Source: Tubulanus polymorphus (Eukaryota; Animalia; Nemertea). Taken from it: DNA of 64,000 nt. Made by a program: the position numbers and the translations under genes. Each line of letters starts with the position of its first letter. The first letter of the stretch is position 1. This document shows positions 1 to 12,267 of this stretch, piece after piece. Under the pieces are notes generated by a model that worked only from the letters and a program-made list of their open reading frames with translations, was not told where the DNA came from and made no database searches. Location of the stretch: NCBI RefSeq assembly GCF_964204645.1, contig NC_134027.1, positions 26,250,560 through 26,314,559 of the forward strand, in the 5' to 3' direction.

Positions 1-107
1 TATCTTCATATTTCAATTCTTGAAATGTAAATTTTGTTTTCAAATCTTATCAACTATCATATAGAGGGTTTACTCTTATCGCGTGTAATCTAAATCGCTT
101 TCCTTAC

Positions 108-206
108 CTGTAGTTGGGGTCTGGCGAGTAACAATGTAATTTCTTCGCGGTTCTGGCTGAATAAATGGATCGCTTGTTCGCGGCTGTGAACCTCCTGGCC
201 GTTTAT
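108..206 (-). CDS. PDZRN3: PDZRN3/4-like exon: end of PDZ2 (INGQEVHSREQAIHLFSQNREEITLLLARPQLQ)
   Basis: Acceptor tatttctgcag|ATA and donor CAG|gtaagg. 99 nt, phase 0/0. Matches the family pattern INGxEVxxREEA...LLxARPxLQ. Confidence 0.94.
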
Positions 207-2334
207 CTGCAGAAATAAGAAAATGTTTCAAGCGTTTAATTTCGGATGGTTCCTCAGAACAGGTCCTCGGTGAAATTATCATTCAGTGGCGAGTAATATA
301 GAGTCTGTAAATGCCAGATGGCCGAATTGAAAATAAGAATTTTACTTGATTTGGTAACTCGACAGATGCAATGACCGCCCCATGTTTGACACCGTGTTGT
401 CATCATATTCCATTTACGTTGAAATGATGAGCAAAGCGCGGTACATTTTGAAGTCGCTAATTCGATGATTAAAATCCAATTTTCGATGGAACTGAATAGT
501 ACAAATTCTGACATCTGCCGCGACCCGTAAGATTTATATTTATACTCGTTAAATTCAGCGAGCTGGGCTAATTGACATCCGTCTAATTACATATCGCGAC
601 TCGGATTCAGCAGGTTCTGAATCGAAATGAGATAAAAGCCGATTTTGGAGGTTGTGAACACGTGCGCGTTGACGAAAAGATTAGCAGCAAATAAATGAAT
701 AATTCTGCGATTTTACTGCAAATTGATTGTTAATTTGAATAAAAGTCATTGGATTCTGCTGATGTTCTTAATTCTACGCGTATTCTAACATCAAAAGCAA
801 ATCGTCATAATTTCAATTACGGATATTCAGAAAGGACGCTTTCATCTTCGATACGGCGAACAATTGAAATATAGATTGAATTCGTGAAGTCGCGAAATCG
901 AGACAGTAGACAAAAATAGCGTATCGTCCTCAATAACAAATTCAAGAATAACTCCACGGGCGAGTTTTAACTTCGAATCGAGGTCGTGAATTAACATTCA
1001 AATTCTACTACCTAAGGCTAAGAATATCCGAGATGAAATTCACCTTGGCAACGAATTTAGAAATTTTGTTTTTCGAAAGAGAGATATTTTTTTTTACACC
1101 TGAGAAGAATTAAGTGGACTTTTATTGCGGTTGTTATGCGCGATGCTGACTCGCCTGAAGGTTAAAGTTCTGTAACTACGGACTCTGATGGCCGACTGTT
1201 ATTTTTTTTTTCAATTTAGGACACGACGTTAAAGGTCGACTATTCTCCATTTATACAGAGAATGCACGTTTTAAAAGACATCAAAAAGCGTACACGATGT
1301 CTTATTGTGCGAAATGGATACAGCAAACACGACTCGGGCCGAGGCATAGTCAGCATTGTAAGCGACAAAGACAAACCGCCTATTGTCCAGTTGATCATTG
1401 TAACCAGTTTCACCAATTCTCCGCCTGGTTCAACGATATTCTATTTCATGCTCGTTCATAATACACCCATCGTTTAAGATTAAGCTGCGGAGATCAGAGA
1501 CGCTGTTCGGCGAGAGGTTTATAGGACGGGAAAATCGTCGCAGAAACCACGGTTGTAATTAGATATCTCATGCGGTCTTCCTCGGTGCTCGGTTATTATT
1601 CGCGTTTATCTGATCGCGTTTGATATGACTTGTAAAACCCCGCGTGTTATTCACGCATGCGTAAAAAGTACACGATATTGAAATTTTACGGAACTTCAAA
1701 GTCAAACGAATCTGATGACGAACACAAAGACAAATCTCTGTAAAGTTTGGATTCAGAAATGTATATGATATATTACTTAGTTTGTTGCGCAACTCGATTG
1801 CAATGTTTTAATTGCAATAATAATAATCATGATGATAATAAGTATCTTGTAAAGCGATATTCCGAAAAACTAGCTCATTGCTCTGATCTCCCCGAAGGCC
1901 TTCTTAAATAGTTTTTAGCTAAGTTTTTAAATGTCTCGATGTTATCAACTGTTCTCATGTCCGCAGACAATGTATTACATAAACGAGGCCCATAAGATTT
2001 AATAATTGATTTCATATGATATACATGTCCCTTGATTCAACGTGTCCCAAAGAAAGAAATTCTTATACGACGAATAGTGTTTCAATAGTCAGACTCTTAG
2101 GGGGAGGGGACCACGGATAAGCCTTAAGGCTGTAGATGCATAGACCTCTGGGCCCCATAAACAACAAACAATGATAATGAAGAAATGAGTACCTTAATGA
2201 ACGAGAAAAGAGGTATCACCAGACTAGATTATACTACTTACTAATTCAAATTAGTAATCTATTAAGCACTTTAAGCAATGCTTATTAATTACAAACGTTA
2301 GAAGTTAGAAAAAATCTTAAAAATGTAATCTTAC

Positions 2335-2397
2335 CTGAAGTATTTGGTCTCCTTCTCTTATTCGGCCGTCTTGAGCAGCAATACTGTACGGTTCAAT
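2335..2397 (-). CDS. PDZRN3: PDZRN3/4-like exon: PDZ2 middle (IEPYSIAAQDGRIREGDQILQ)
   Basis: Acceptor gtttttag|ATT and donor CAG|gtaaga. 63 nt, phase 0/0. Near-identical to the family motif SIAAxDGRIREGDxIxQ. Confidence 0.95.
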
Positions 2398-2819
2398 CTA
2401 AAAACATCAGAAAACCGTTATCAAATCACACTGACTCCGCGTGAGAAAAACATCGTCAAACATAGACAGGAATTTAATTGCTGAAATTCTTCACTTTTTA
2501 CGGATCACCAGATTCAGACGCGCGTTGATTTTTTTATTCAGAATTCTATCGTCCCGTTCGCGGTTCTCGATTCTGAATTCATGCGTATAACTTCGTTATT
2601 ACTAGTGAAATCGTGTGAAACATACGCGTTGAGAATTGCCTCAGCCTAGAAATAAGTACTGCGACTGTTGACGGTGTTTCTGTGATCAGTAACCGGCGGC
2701 AGTGTCAGACTGTGTGAGTGATGCCGACTCGTCGCGCAGTATCGATCCATCTCCAGCCTCCGTCATCAACTCAAATACATATATAACATCATCAACTATG
2801 GATGATGAACGCTATGGGT

Positions 2820-3060
2820 CAGGGGTCAGTCTGCTCAGGACCAGTCTAAATTCATTATGGTTCTATAGCCAATCTAACAACTTAAGAACAGTCCACTTTT
2901 AGACTGAAGTCATGCCTGTTTAACTTGGCTGTGGACAGCCAACTAAAAATTACTGGCTGTATCTTGAGACCAGTCTAAGACCAACTAAGTTCTATAGCCA
3001 ATAACAACTTAAAACCAGTCTTTAGATTTGAGAGCACTTTTAGACTGAATTCACGACTGC
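2820..3060. repeat. Reverse-oriented degenerate copy of the same MITE/tandem family
   Basis: Repeated GACCAGTCTAA...TTCTATAGCCAATCTAACAACTTAA, the reverse complement of the 50.6-kb unit. Confidence 0.65.
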
Positions 3061-4347
3061 GTTACTTGGCTCTGATTAGCCACCAAAGAACTAAAAGCTG
3101 TTGGTGTTTGAAGCCCGAAAAGGTAGAGAAAAACAATTCAAAAACGTCTAAGAATGATATATGAAAATAAATGAAAAGTACCCGGTCCTCCATTTCAGAT
3201 GCAGTTTCTTGAACCATCTTCCGACGAAATGACGAATTAGTTCCGTGAGCGAGCGGAGCCGTATAGATATCCCGAGCTGGCCGGCAGACACAACAGTTCA
3301 AACTTTCTCTCCAAGACTAAATAACCCTTGGGCTCGACGCAAGATCAGATCAAACATCAAACGAATTCAGTCAGGAATCTCACCGCACTTGTTGGAAACA
3401 CAAAGCATCGGTTCATTAAGTCGACTTTAAGCTTAATTATAACGTGGAAAACAGAGGATGTTTCCGAGCCATCGACCCGCCGCGACATCGCGATATCGAA
3501 TGAGTTGAAATATCAGAAAACGCGAAACTAAGCCTATTATTAAGCGCGGCTTTCAGATACGGAGATGTTTTTGACTTGAAAGCGAAGTTCGTTGTTGTTA
3601 GTGGCACGGATCAGTAAGCGGTCGCCAAGTGTCAGTCGTCGGTTCATTGTGTGTCGTAGCTGTCAGTCACTGGATAACTACAGGAGCGGCCTTTAAAACG
3701 TCAACCAGATCGCAGTCGGCGAATACGATAAGAAAATAGAACCCTGGATTAAAAACACGAGGACTTTCAATTTATGAGCAGATCAAAGTAACCCGGAGAA
3801 GCTAGCGATGTTTATATAGCGAATGTCCACACGAAGTAACCGATCTGCCTTCGCTTTTTTGCCGACTAAAGATAACATTATTTCCATGGCCAATATTTTT
3901 CTTTCAAGCTCTATGAAAATTAATTTCTTCAAAAGGTAATTCAGGCGATGTTTGTTCAGGTTGAAGTTGTTGGCGGAATTCGATATGTGCAGGGCGCTGG
4001 TTTTAGAAGGCTCGCCGGACATCGTAAATAGACGCGTCCGCGTTTGATTTGAGTGGGATTTTCAGTCGAATAAACAGAATTAATGATTGGATTGGATACT
4101 CTACGAAAAACTGCCCATTTCAACTTCGAAAAAAAGAAAGTCGTCTTTTGAAGTCGATAAGAAAAGTAACAGCCATCTGTTGGTAGAATTCCAAGCCCGA
4201 GGATAAAAGCAAAATTGTTTTTCGGCAACAGCGCTTCCCGCAAAAAATTTCCAATTTCCTACTAAACTATCTTGAAAAAGTCTTTAAATCTTGAAATAGG
4301 GATTGTCCTTGTTATTTAATTTATTGGTAGATTTCGTTTGAATTTTT

Positions 4348-4404
4348 GATTTGGTGTCCCTTACGAACCCACCACACCTGCCGGGAACGAAACCGGATTT
4401 GATT
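4348..4404 (-). repeat. Dispersed repeat of about 55 bp (copies at 16501-16555, 41666-41730, 46312-46350 on +)
   Basis: Shared ATCAAA...GTTTCGTTCCCG(A/G)CAGGTGTGGTGGGTT(T/C)GTAAGGGACACCA. Confidence 0.7.
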
Positions 4405-5428
4405 TTGAAATCGGCGCTCGGCGGTCGAATTGACGGAAATTTTTGATAAAATCGAAGTAAATAATTGAAAAGTGATTCGATTTTGCCGCGAGTAAACATC
4501 AGCATCTGACGTGTTACTCCACAGAGCTTGATACACTGATAACCAGTAAATGCTGCCACCTGATTCAGTAGCGTCGAACTAACAGCACCAACACCCACCA
4601 GCAGCAACTCGAAAAGTTCACGGACAATTTCTCCGGAAAATACTCCATTAAAAGCAACTTGCTGATTATTTTTTTTTCTGACGGCCGACTCCTCGCGGGG
4701 GGTTAAATCAATTTGTCTACGCCGCATTCTGGCCACCATCTTCCTAATGGACATCGATTTTCCAGCCAACCGGAAAGTAAGCCTGTCGCCAAACGATTCG
4801 GAATTTCGGCCACTAATCAGCTTTCGGTGAGTTATACTTCGTCGAAAAAGCAGAAAAACCGATCGCGGCATCGTCTAGACGTATCTCAATATAATTATCA
4901 TAATAACACCGAACATGTATGTTCGTTTTTCCGAATATTATAGATCCTTTTGTTACTCGGTATTTTCTGCATCAATTGTAATCTTGTTACATAAGATATA
5001 AGCTTCAAACGCTCGGGCACAAAACATAAGACGGTTCGCGTATCGATTTCGGTATTAGCGGTTACTAAAGCTCTTTTTCTTACGGGAACTTTTTATGAAA
5101 TTACGATATATCGGCGTCTGACAACTTCGTAAATATAGCAGCGAGTTTCTAAATTTGTCCCATCGTAATTCGTAAAATTCGCCCAAGGGAACGGATGAAC
5201 TAAACCGGTGGGTATAATATGTACAATAAAACGGTTCTAGGGTATTCAAATTTCTAAGAGAACCATAAGTGGAAAAGTTTGCGCGTTTAGAAGGTTACGA
5301 TTTACTTTCTGGGCAGTGTATAGATGTAAAAAGGTTGAAGTTTAATAAGTGCTTCTTAATCAATAATGGTCGCCATGTTTGTCACTTGAGGTGTTAAAGG
5401 TAAACTGAATGAATTACTAGATATCTAC

Positions 5429-5524
5429 CTCGCTTATGAAAATATCTGTTATTTCATCCACAGCAGATCCATAAACTAGAGTTAAACCGAGTTTCTCTTC
5501 TTCAGTTCGTCGCAATGACACCTC
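5429..5524 (-). CDS. PDZRN3: PDZRN3/4-like exon: start of PDZ2 (EVSLRRTEEEKLGLTLVYGSAVDEITDIFISE)
   Basis: Acceptor tatttacag|GAG and donor GAG|gtagat. 96 nt, phase 0/0. Contains the KLGL carboxylate-binding loop. Confidence 0.93.
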
Positions 5525-5700
5525 CTGTAAATAGACGAATATTTAAAACGATGTTTAATCAAATGGAAATATCAGAATAAAGTTCCAAGTAAAAACTCTG
5601 CAAAATAATGCTCCTAAAATTAAACTACATAAACAATCTTGATATCTGGGCCCAGTTTACAGGTCATTAAGCAGATACATCTGTTTATTTCCAGATGAAT

Positions 5701-6015
5701 TGTAGCTATGAAAAATGTAAAATCCCTCGACACTAAGAATAGAAAAACCCCCAAAAGTGTTTCCTTCAGCGAAGTGTGTTCGACGTTTCGACTGTCACCT
5801 TCGGAAATATTTATGCCTTAACAAAAATATGAGAGAGACTTTTAATACGTATTCCTGAAGATGACTATTAGGATAAAGTCGAAACGTTGAATAAACCACA
5901 CTAGCTCAAGCAAACATTTCAGACTCTTATAATACTTTCATTCTCAGTGTGGGATTTTATATCATCTTTATAACACGGACTCGAAGTGTTTCATCAATGG
6001 TAATGTAGCTATGAA
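5701..6015 (+). mobile_element. Penelope-like element remnant: fold-back pseudo-LTR insertion with a 12-bp target-site duplication
   Basis: Direct repeat TGTAGCTATGAA at 5701-5712 and 6004-6015. Degenerate inverted arms (atgtaaaatccc...gggattttatat). Hammerhead motif in the right arm and a unique tail of about 40 nt. Confidence 0.7.
5850..5893 (+). ncRNA. Minimal type-I hammerhead ribozyme motif
   Basis: TATTC-CTGAAGA-T-GACT(loop)AGTC-GAAACGTT-GAATA: helix I TATTC/GAATA, core CUGANGA and GAAA, helix II GACT/AGTC, palindromic ACGU helix III, GUU triplet. Confidence 0.75.
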
Positions 6016-8538
6016 TGAATTATAAAGGAGCTCATTACAACTGTAAGAAGTTAATCAACAGAGCAAGCCATTAGCCGTTGCCGTCCACGAGTAAGTAATA
6101 AGACCCTGCAATTGACATCTGAGCGAAAAATAAAAAAATGCGACGACAGAAATTGTCTAATTCACAGAATCGTGATAGATTCCGGAAATGTCCTAACATT
6201 CCGTAGTCTCTCAGTGATTAATGTCGGCAGTATATAGTACGCAGTGAGAAAGAAGTCATCAGCGCGGGGTTTGAACCGGGTTCTTACGGTGAACGTGCTA
6301 TTCACAGAAGGCGATGTCCGACGGAAATTGACTCGGATTAGACCGAACAGAACGTTCTAAATACCCGTACGTGACGCAGTGAGTCACGCATATAGTTTTC
6401 GACGTAACTGAGAGCATTTTTTAAAAGGCGCATCCATTTACAATCGCGACCGCAATCACCGCCATTTTCGCCTCGGTGACAAGTTCAAATTCTTCGAATG
6501 AAGAAGATCGTTTCCAGCGTGAGTAGCACTTTAACGACGGTTCTTCTAATGGTCAATTGATGCCGCTGGAAGCTGGTCGTATTTGAGCGTTATCTCATCA
6601 CGTATATTGTCACTTCTCCACCCGTATCAGCAGCGAATGAGGTAATATTGTCTCGTGCGAGTCTTTGTCGTCTCGTTCGGGGTCACCATTGGTCGCGCTA
6701 TGATATCAGGGAATCATCGACGGATTCCTATCCTATGAATCACGACACCGAGAAACTGCGCGGCGGGTTCAAGATTGAAAAATACTATCGACGTTTCATC
6801 AAACCGATGCGAACCAGCGATAGGAAATATTTCAATTCGAATATGATTCATCCGAAATGGGAATATTTTCCGAAGGAATTCGTGCCGCGCTATCGGGCAA
6901 AATCGACCGACTCCGCGCAAATCCCTTCTCAAAATCGACAGGAATTTCACACGGTTTTCTAAACACTAGTTTAAAATGAGTAAAAGCTTATCATCAACTC
7001 CTGCAATCTCGATCGAACTTTCTGAATCCGTGGCGTTATATGATAATATAAGATGGAATCCCACACACAGAAACGAAAAAATGTGCGAAGAGTTTTCTTT
7101 TTTTCATGAATATTCGAGATATATTTTGAACGAAATACCATTTGTCCGTCTTGTAATGATAATATTAGTTGAAATCTCACGACACAAAAGAACAGAAAAA
7201 AGAAACGGATTCATTTTTCTTCTGTATAATCTATTACTGGGACGGATAATTCGGGAATATTTCTTTATGAAAATAGGCTGTAGAAAATTCAAACGAATAA
7301 TAGTCGACATAAACTTAAGAAAATTGTCGATGAAAATGCGGTTCTTCCCATGAACAACTACTACATTCTCACTCAATCTGTATAAAAAAACCTCATAACA
7401 TTATCTCATAGAATACAATAGTCAGTTCGGAATAGAATGGGGATTCTGTATTGATGAATTTTGCGTCAGAACTGTTGTTAGGCTGTCACGTGCAATTACA
7501 TCGTCTTTGATGGCGGCGGGGAATAGAGGGAGAAAGATAAAAGCGTGCACTGGCAGTCGAGCAGCGGCAGCAGTCGTCGCACTGTAGAGAATTGACACAG
7601 CAATCATTATTTCACGAGACCGCGCGTATTTGACGAGGGAAATGAACAATATCCATATATTTCATTAACAAAGCTTCATGATTTCCGCGAGATGTCGTAT
7701 TAAATAACGACCAAATAATGGCCCTGTCACAAAACCCATCCATCACGCGCATTTCCATCTACGGGCCTTTTTTTCGAATCGTTCGCAGTCTCGGGATGCT
7801 CTAGTTCAATCGTTATACGCGATTCTTTGTTTTCGCGGTAAAAATGCAGTTTTTTTATGAGTTTTTAAAACGCGTTCTTTTAGAACCAGAATCAATTTTG
7901 TTGCCCCCAAAACGTATAAACATTTTGCGCAGAGAACGGCAATAAATTTACAATATGTTATGAACAAATACATGTAGGATAAACATGAATATTGATTAAA
8001 GGATAATTTACTCTCTTTTCCATTATGGCCATTATTGGAACAGTCATAGCGTGGTGTTATCCCTAGATAAGAGTGGGCTTGCCTTTTTTCTGTAAAAACA
8101 AAGCCACCTTCATTGGGTTTTTTTTTCTGTAAGAATTGGAGAGGATGCGCAATTTACAATTTGTAGGAGCTACAGTAAAATAAGTTCCTATATATCTACG
8201 CCTTAGCTTTTCAAAATACTGGTATAGAATGAATCTCATCTCCGATATCGTTGAGATTGAGCTTATTACTTGATTTCTTATGGCGTATCCGATTTTCTAT
8301 CATGATCTACACAAGAAAATGGATTGAATATTTGCGAAGTTTTCGGGTATAGTTAAGATTTCCACATTGCGCCGGAATGCGTGATGAATGCATGACGTCA
8401 CGGCTGATCGGTCATGTAAATGAGGCGTCAGGTCGTCGTGGACACCCTATACACACGTAATTGACTGAATTTTATCACAACACGGCAGAAACCTCCAGTG
8501 TAATTCAACTACAATCAATCCCGATATCCAGAGTCTTT

Positions 8539-8797
8539 GAGAGAGAGAGAGAGAGGGAGAGAGGGAGATGGAGAGGAGAGAAAGAATGGGAAAAAAGAAG
8601 AGAGAAGGTAGGAGGGGAGAGGAGAGAGGAAGAGACCGACAGGAGGGGGAGAGCGAGAAAGAGAGGAAGAGGGAGAGGGGAGGAAGAGGGAGAGAGAGGG
8701 AGGAAGAGGGAGAGAGGGGGAGAGGGGAGGAGGAGGGAGAGAGGGGAGGAAAGATAGAGAGATAGAAAGGGAGAGAAATATAGAGGAGAGAGAGAGA
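8539..8797. repeat. Polypurine (GA/GGA-rich) low-complexity tract
   Basis: About 260 bp of almost only A and G on the + strand. Confidence 0.95.
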
Positions 8798-10239
8798 ATG
8801 ATGTTAAAAGTCAAAAGTTCGGGACAATCTTCACAATAAGTACCGACAATCCCGATGAAAGACAATCTACCTTTGTTTGTTAGCGCTATTGTACCTAAAC
8901 TTTTATTTTGATTTGGTTCATTGACTGCGAGTGCAGTATATGAACCCTCGGTGTAACATATTTTCAGTACTGCGGTATATTTCAAAGACGATATTATTCC
9001 GGGTGACAATGATATTGGTAGTAACGATAACAGCTGCTGTTGTTATTTATGTCCTTAACGTGTGGTGATATGAAAGCAGCCGGTGAGAGTTTTATCGTCG
9101 AATATATCAGTTTAATTTCAGCATTTAATCGCAAATTTATACGATTTAACAATACGGTGGTTTTCAGCCTGCAGGCATCTGTTACAACTCCACTTCAATA
9201 AACTATCGTAATATATGTGCGAAATGTAGAATCACTAGCCGACACTGTCGGGAGGTTAGCATCGAGCTCGCATAAACCCAGACGCGGAGAATAGCTCGTA
9301 TGATTGAAACCCGCAATATACAAATTTCAAAAATCTAAAACAAAGTTTATTAATAAAAATGAAATTAGAAAAAAAAAACAAAAGAATTAAAAAAATTAAT
9401 GATAACATAGAATAGAATAAGTTCTTTTGGGGTTTAGTTGTAACCTTGTGATATTTTCTTTATCCTATAAACCTGTGTGTATCTTTCTAGTTTTTGTATG
9501 AATTGATACGATGAATGAATAAATTAAAATGAAAATGTGTGTAAGCACCTGACAAAAGTATCTAGAGAGAGTCCAACATCATGTCTTCTGATTTCAATCA
9601 TTGATAAGTTAGATTCGTTTTTAATCATTTAGATTCGGGTATCGTTACCGCAACATTTCGAGTCGTTCAGTAACGCGCAAAGCCTTTAAACCTTTATGTT
9701 TAATTAAACTATATCGTTCAAACAGTATGAAGTAGCCTAATACTGCTCAGTTTCAGCGCACGACGCTAAGACCACACATACGCGCTCTGTCGAGATAATT
9801 GAATGGTCTCTATTATTATTGTCGTGCTCTCTTTCTCTCTCTCCGCGAGTTCTCGATGAAATAATTATTAATCTAGTGATGATGTCATATTGGCGGTGGT
9901 TCTATAGTCAATACGCGTTGAGACACAATTAAATATCGTTCATTATTCATATCTTCAAGATTGATTTCTGCGCGCACAGATAACGCACGACACGTTTTCT
10001 TGTGGATGAGAGGCAACAGGTCTGTTGTTCTGAAATCGACTTTTTGTACCATCCTTCGGTCAGATTCTTAACGAAGGGTTTTGCCAATCGAATATTTCAA
10101 ACTTATGCGACGAGTGTGGGTATCTTCTTATTTGAAGACAAAATATTCGAACTAACTTCGAACAAACGTTTTTTCGCTTTTTCTTCCGTCTAATTTTGCC
10201 GCATGTGCCAGAGCGTCACGCCGCCTTTGAACTTATTCT

Positions 10240-10300
10240 CCGTAGTAAAGGGATTCGAACCCGATGGAGTGTTGAGACTCTACCACCGTTTCGTACGGCT
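10240..10300 (-). mobile_element. Degenerate tRNA-derived SINE head
   Basis: The minus strand has GGTGGTAGAG followed by the B-box GGTTCGAATCC. Confidence 0.4.
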
Positions 10301-10869
10301 TCTGATATATCCAGGGACGTACCTTAGCATGACCCGCTTCGCGCATAGACTGGTTACCGGTCTCTAGCAACCAGTCTACTACGCGCCGAGTCTCACGATG
10401 TCATCAGGCTCGAATCCCGACCGAGGGAGGATGTGCTAAATATTTGATAACACTATCTATTATAACATTATCTATTATCATAACATATTCAAATTCAGTG
10501 AAACATTTTATATAAAATCAACCATCGTATTCTAATTTACACCGAAATAATGAATAATTGCGTCGGGGCAGATATATTCATTTTATCGGGATATCTTCTT
10601 TTCATTCTCGCGTCTTCTGACTAAATCAAATTGAATGTTTAGCCGCAGACTCAGGATCGATCGATGAAATTGATCGGCTTCGAAATTATTATCCGCGCGG
10701 CTAGAAATAATAGACGAAACCGCCGCTTAAATGGCGAGAGCTAACAAAACTAGATCGTTTACAGCCAATCAAACACGAGCATTTAGAGATGTGAATACCG
10801 TACATTAACGAACCATTTTCAGCGCGAAGATTTTGCCATTTTGATATTTGCGCAGTCAATACTAATTGC

Positions 10870-11030
10870 TGACGAGGCATCGGGTGACTCAGCGAGAGAG
10901 AGAGAGCAGGAGTCTGAGGAAGGAGTGAGATCAGGGCCGATCTGCTGCGGTTGCTGTTGCTGCTGCTGTGGAGTTTGAGTTTCGCTTGTTGCTCTCTGTG
11001 AGTCACCGTTCGCGTCTCAGGAACGAAACA
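10870..11030. promoter_or_regulatory. Putative intronic enhancer-like segment with two AP-1 sites and a GA repeat
   Basis: TGACTCA (about 10885) and TGAGTCA (about 10999) flank (GA)n and (GCT)n in a GC-richer patch. Motif match only. Confidence 0.25.
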
Positions 11031-11205
11031 CCTGTAAACCGGTTGCTAAGAAACACAAGCACGCTTAGATAACATCAAAATATCCCTTCAGTAATAGCCG
11101 CAGATATTCGTGATGTTGCAGAAACCTTTCTATCATAGTTTTGAGTTAGCAGGATTTTCTTTCCAAGACATTCCAGAATTGAAAATCCGCAACTGAGACT
11201 TATGA

Positions 11206-11276
11206 AGCCTCGGTAGCTCGGTGGGACAGGGCGTGATCAGTGCCGAGAGACAACAGGGTTCGAGTCCTGCTGGCTG
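11206..11276 (+). mobile_element. tRNA-derived SINE head or tRNA pseudogene
   Basis: Pol III A-box TAGCTCGGTGG (11214-11224) and B-box GGTTCGAGTCC (11257-11267) at tRNA-like spacing. No convincing anticodon arm. Confidence 0.6.
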
Positions 11277-12138
11277 TTGATAGCGGGCGCTAAAGCCGTG
11301 GTCAGTCTCGGGAAACCAGGATCCGATCTTGGATACTCCAAGATCCGATCAAGGAAGTATAAACTATAGCTAGTTTTCTGCATGCCTTACGACCAGGTGA
11401 CCTTTTACGAACGTTTTTTTAAAAGATTTGAAAAAAGAAACGTCTTCGTTTACGGGCACCGTATGTTTAGAAGATTAAAAGATCGTTAGCTTCTTTCTAG
11501 ACGCAATTACGCGATCTTTGAAAAAAAAGACTATCGAAGTTTGATGAAACGGCGGTAAGCGTCGTTAAATCCATATCAAAACATTATTCCATAACGGAAT
11601 CAAAGCCGAAACGAGTTCTTCATTCGGCTGATTCAACCAATTAATAATTCTCAGGTGAAACTTCGCCGTCGTATCGAACGAATGCGACTAGTTCTCTGTC
11701 GATGAATAAAGCAGAGACAGAGACACAGAGAGATGCTGGTATTTGTTTATTGATGGTCTCTGAGATGATACGGACTATTAAGTTGACGTAACGCTGTTGC
11801 TAGTTGCTACAGTACGGTTCGATTGTGAACCCGTCGATGACAACGAGCCAGCCAGCTAGCGAGAACGACATCAATGAAAATCTCATTATCATACAGTGGT
11901 TTTTTCGCCGAGCGCTTAAAACTTTAAAAACCATTCAGAACCGCCTGTCGGAGTTGTAACGCCGGTTTGGTGGCGTTCGATAACCCGGAGAGAGACTATT
12001 GGAATTCTGAATAGAATAGATAAATCATCTAAAACCGATTGCCTTTCAAGATTTTATACATCACGAAAATACCATACGTACAAAATAAACCCGAAACTCG
12101 TGTAGCAAGCATCATCGTAAATACCTCGTCAATCTTAC

Positions 12139-12267
12139 CTTGATACCTGTGATAGGCCGTTCCTCGCCATCAGGGGACATCACGGTCAAACAACACGGTC
12201 GTATCCAAGAAGGGCGCCACTGGTGCTTCTTTTTCGGTAAGAGAACGGCCATTTCTTCGTTTGGCAT
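12139..12267 (-). CDS. Candidate alternative first coding exon (MPNEEMAVLLPKKKHQWRPSWIRPCCLTVMSPDGEERPITGIK) splicing to the EVSLRR exon
   Basis: ATAATG start, 43 open codons, donor AAG|gtaaga in phase 0, in-frame TGA upstream. Confidence 0.45.

Noticed and set aside
4284-4871. Longest ORF in the track (195 aa, minus strand)
   Set aside because: No recognisable domain, it runs through a dispersed repeat at 4348-4404, and no splice signals tie it to the gene.
11206-11276. Functional tRNA gene
   Set aside because: A and B boxes are present but the acceptor and anticodon stems do not pair properly, so it is called a SINE head or pseudogene.
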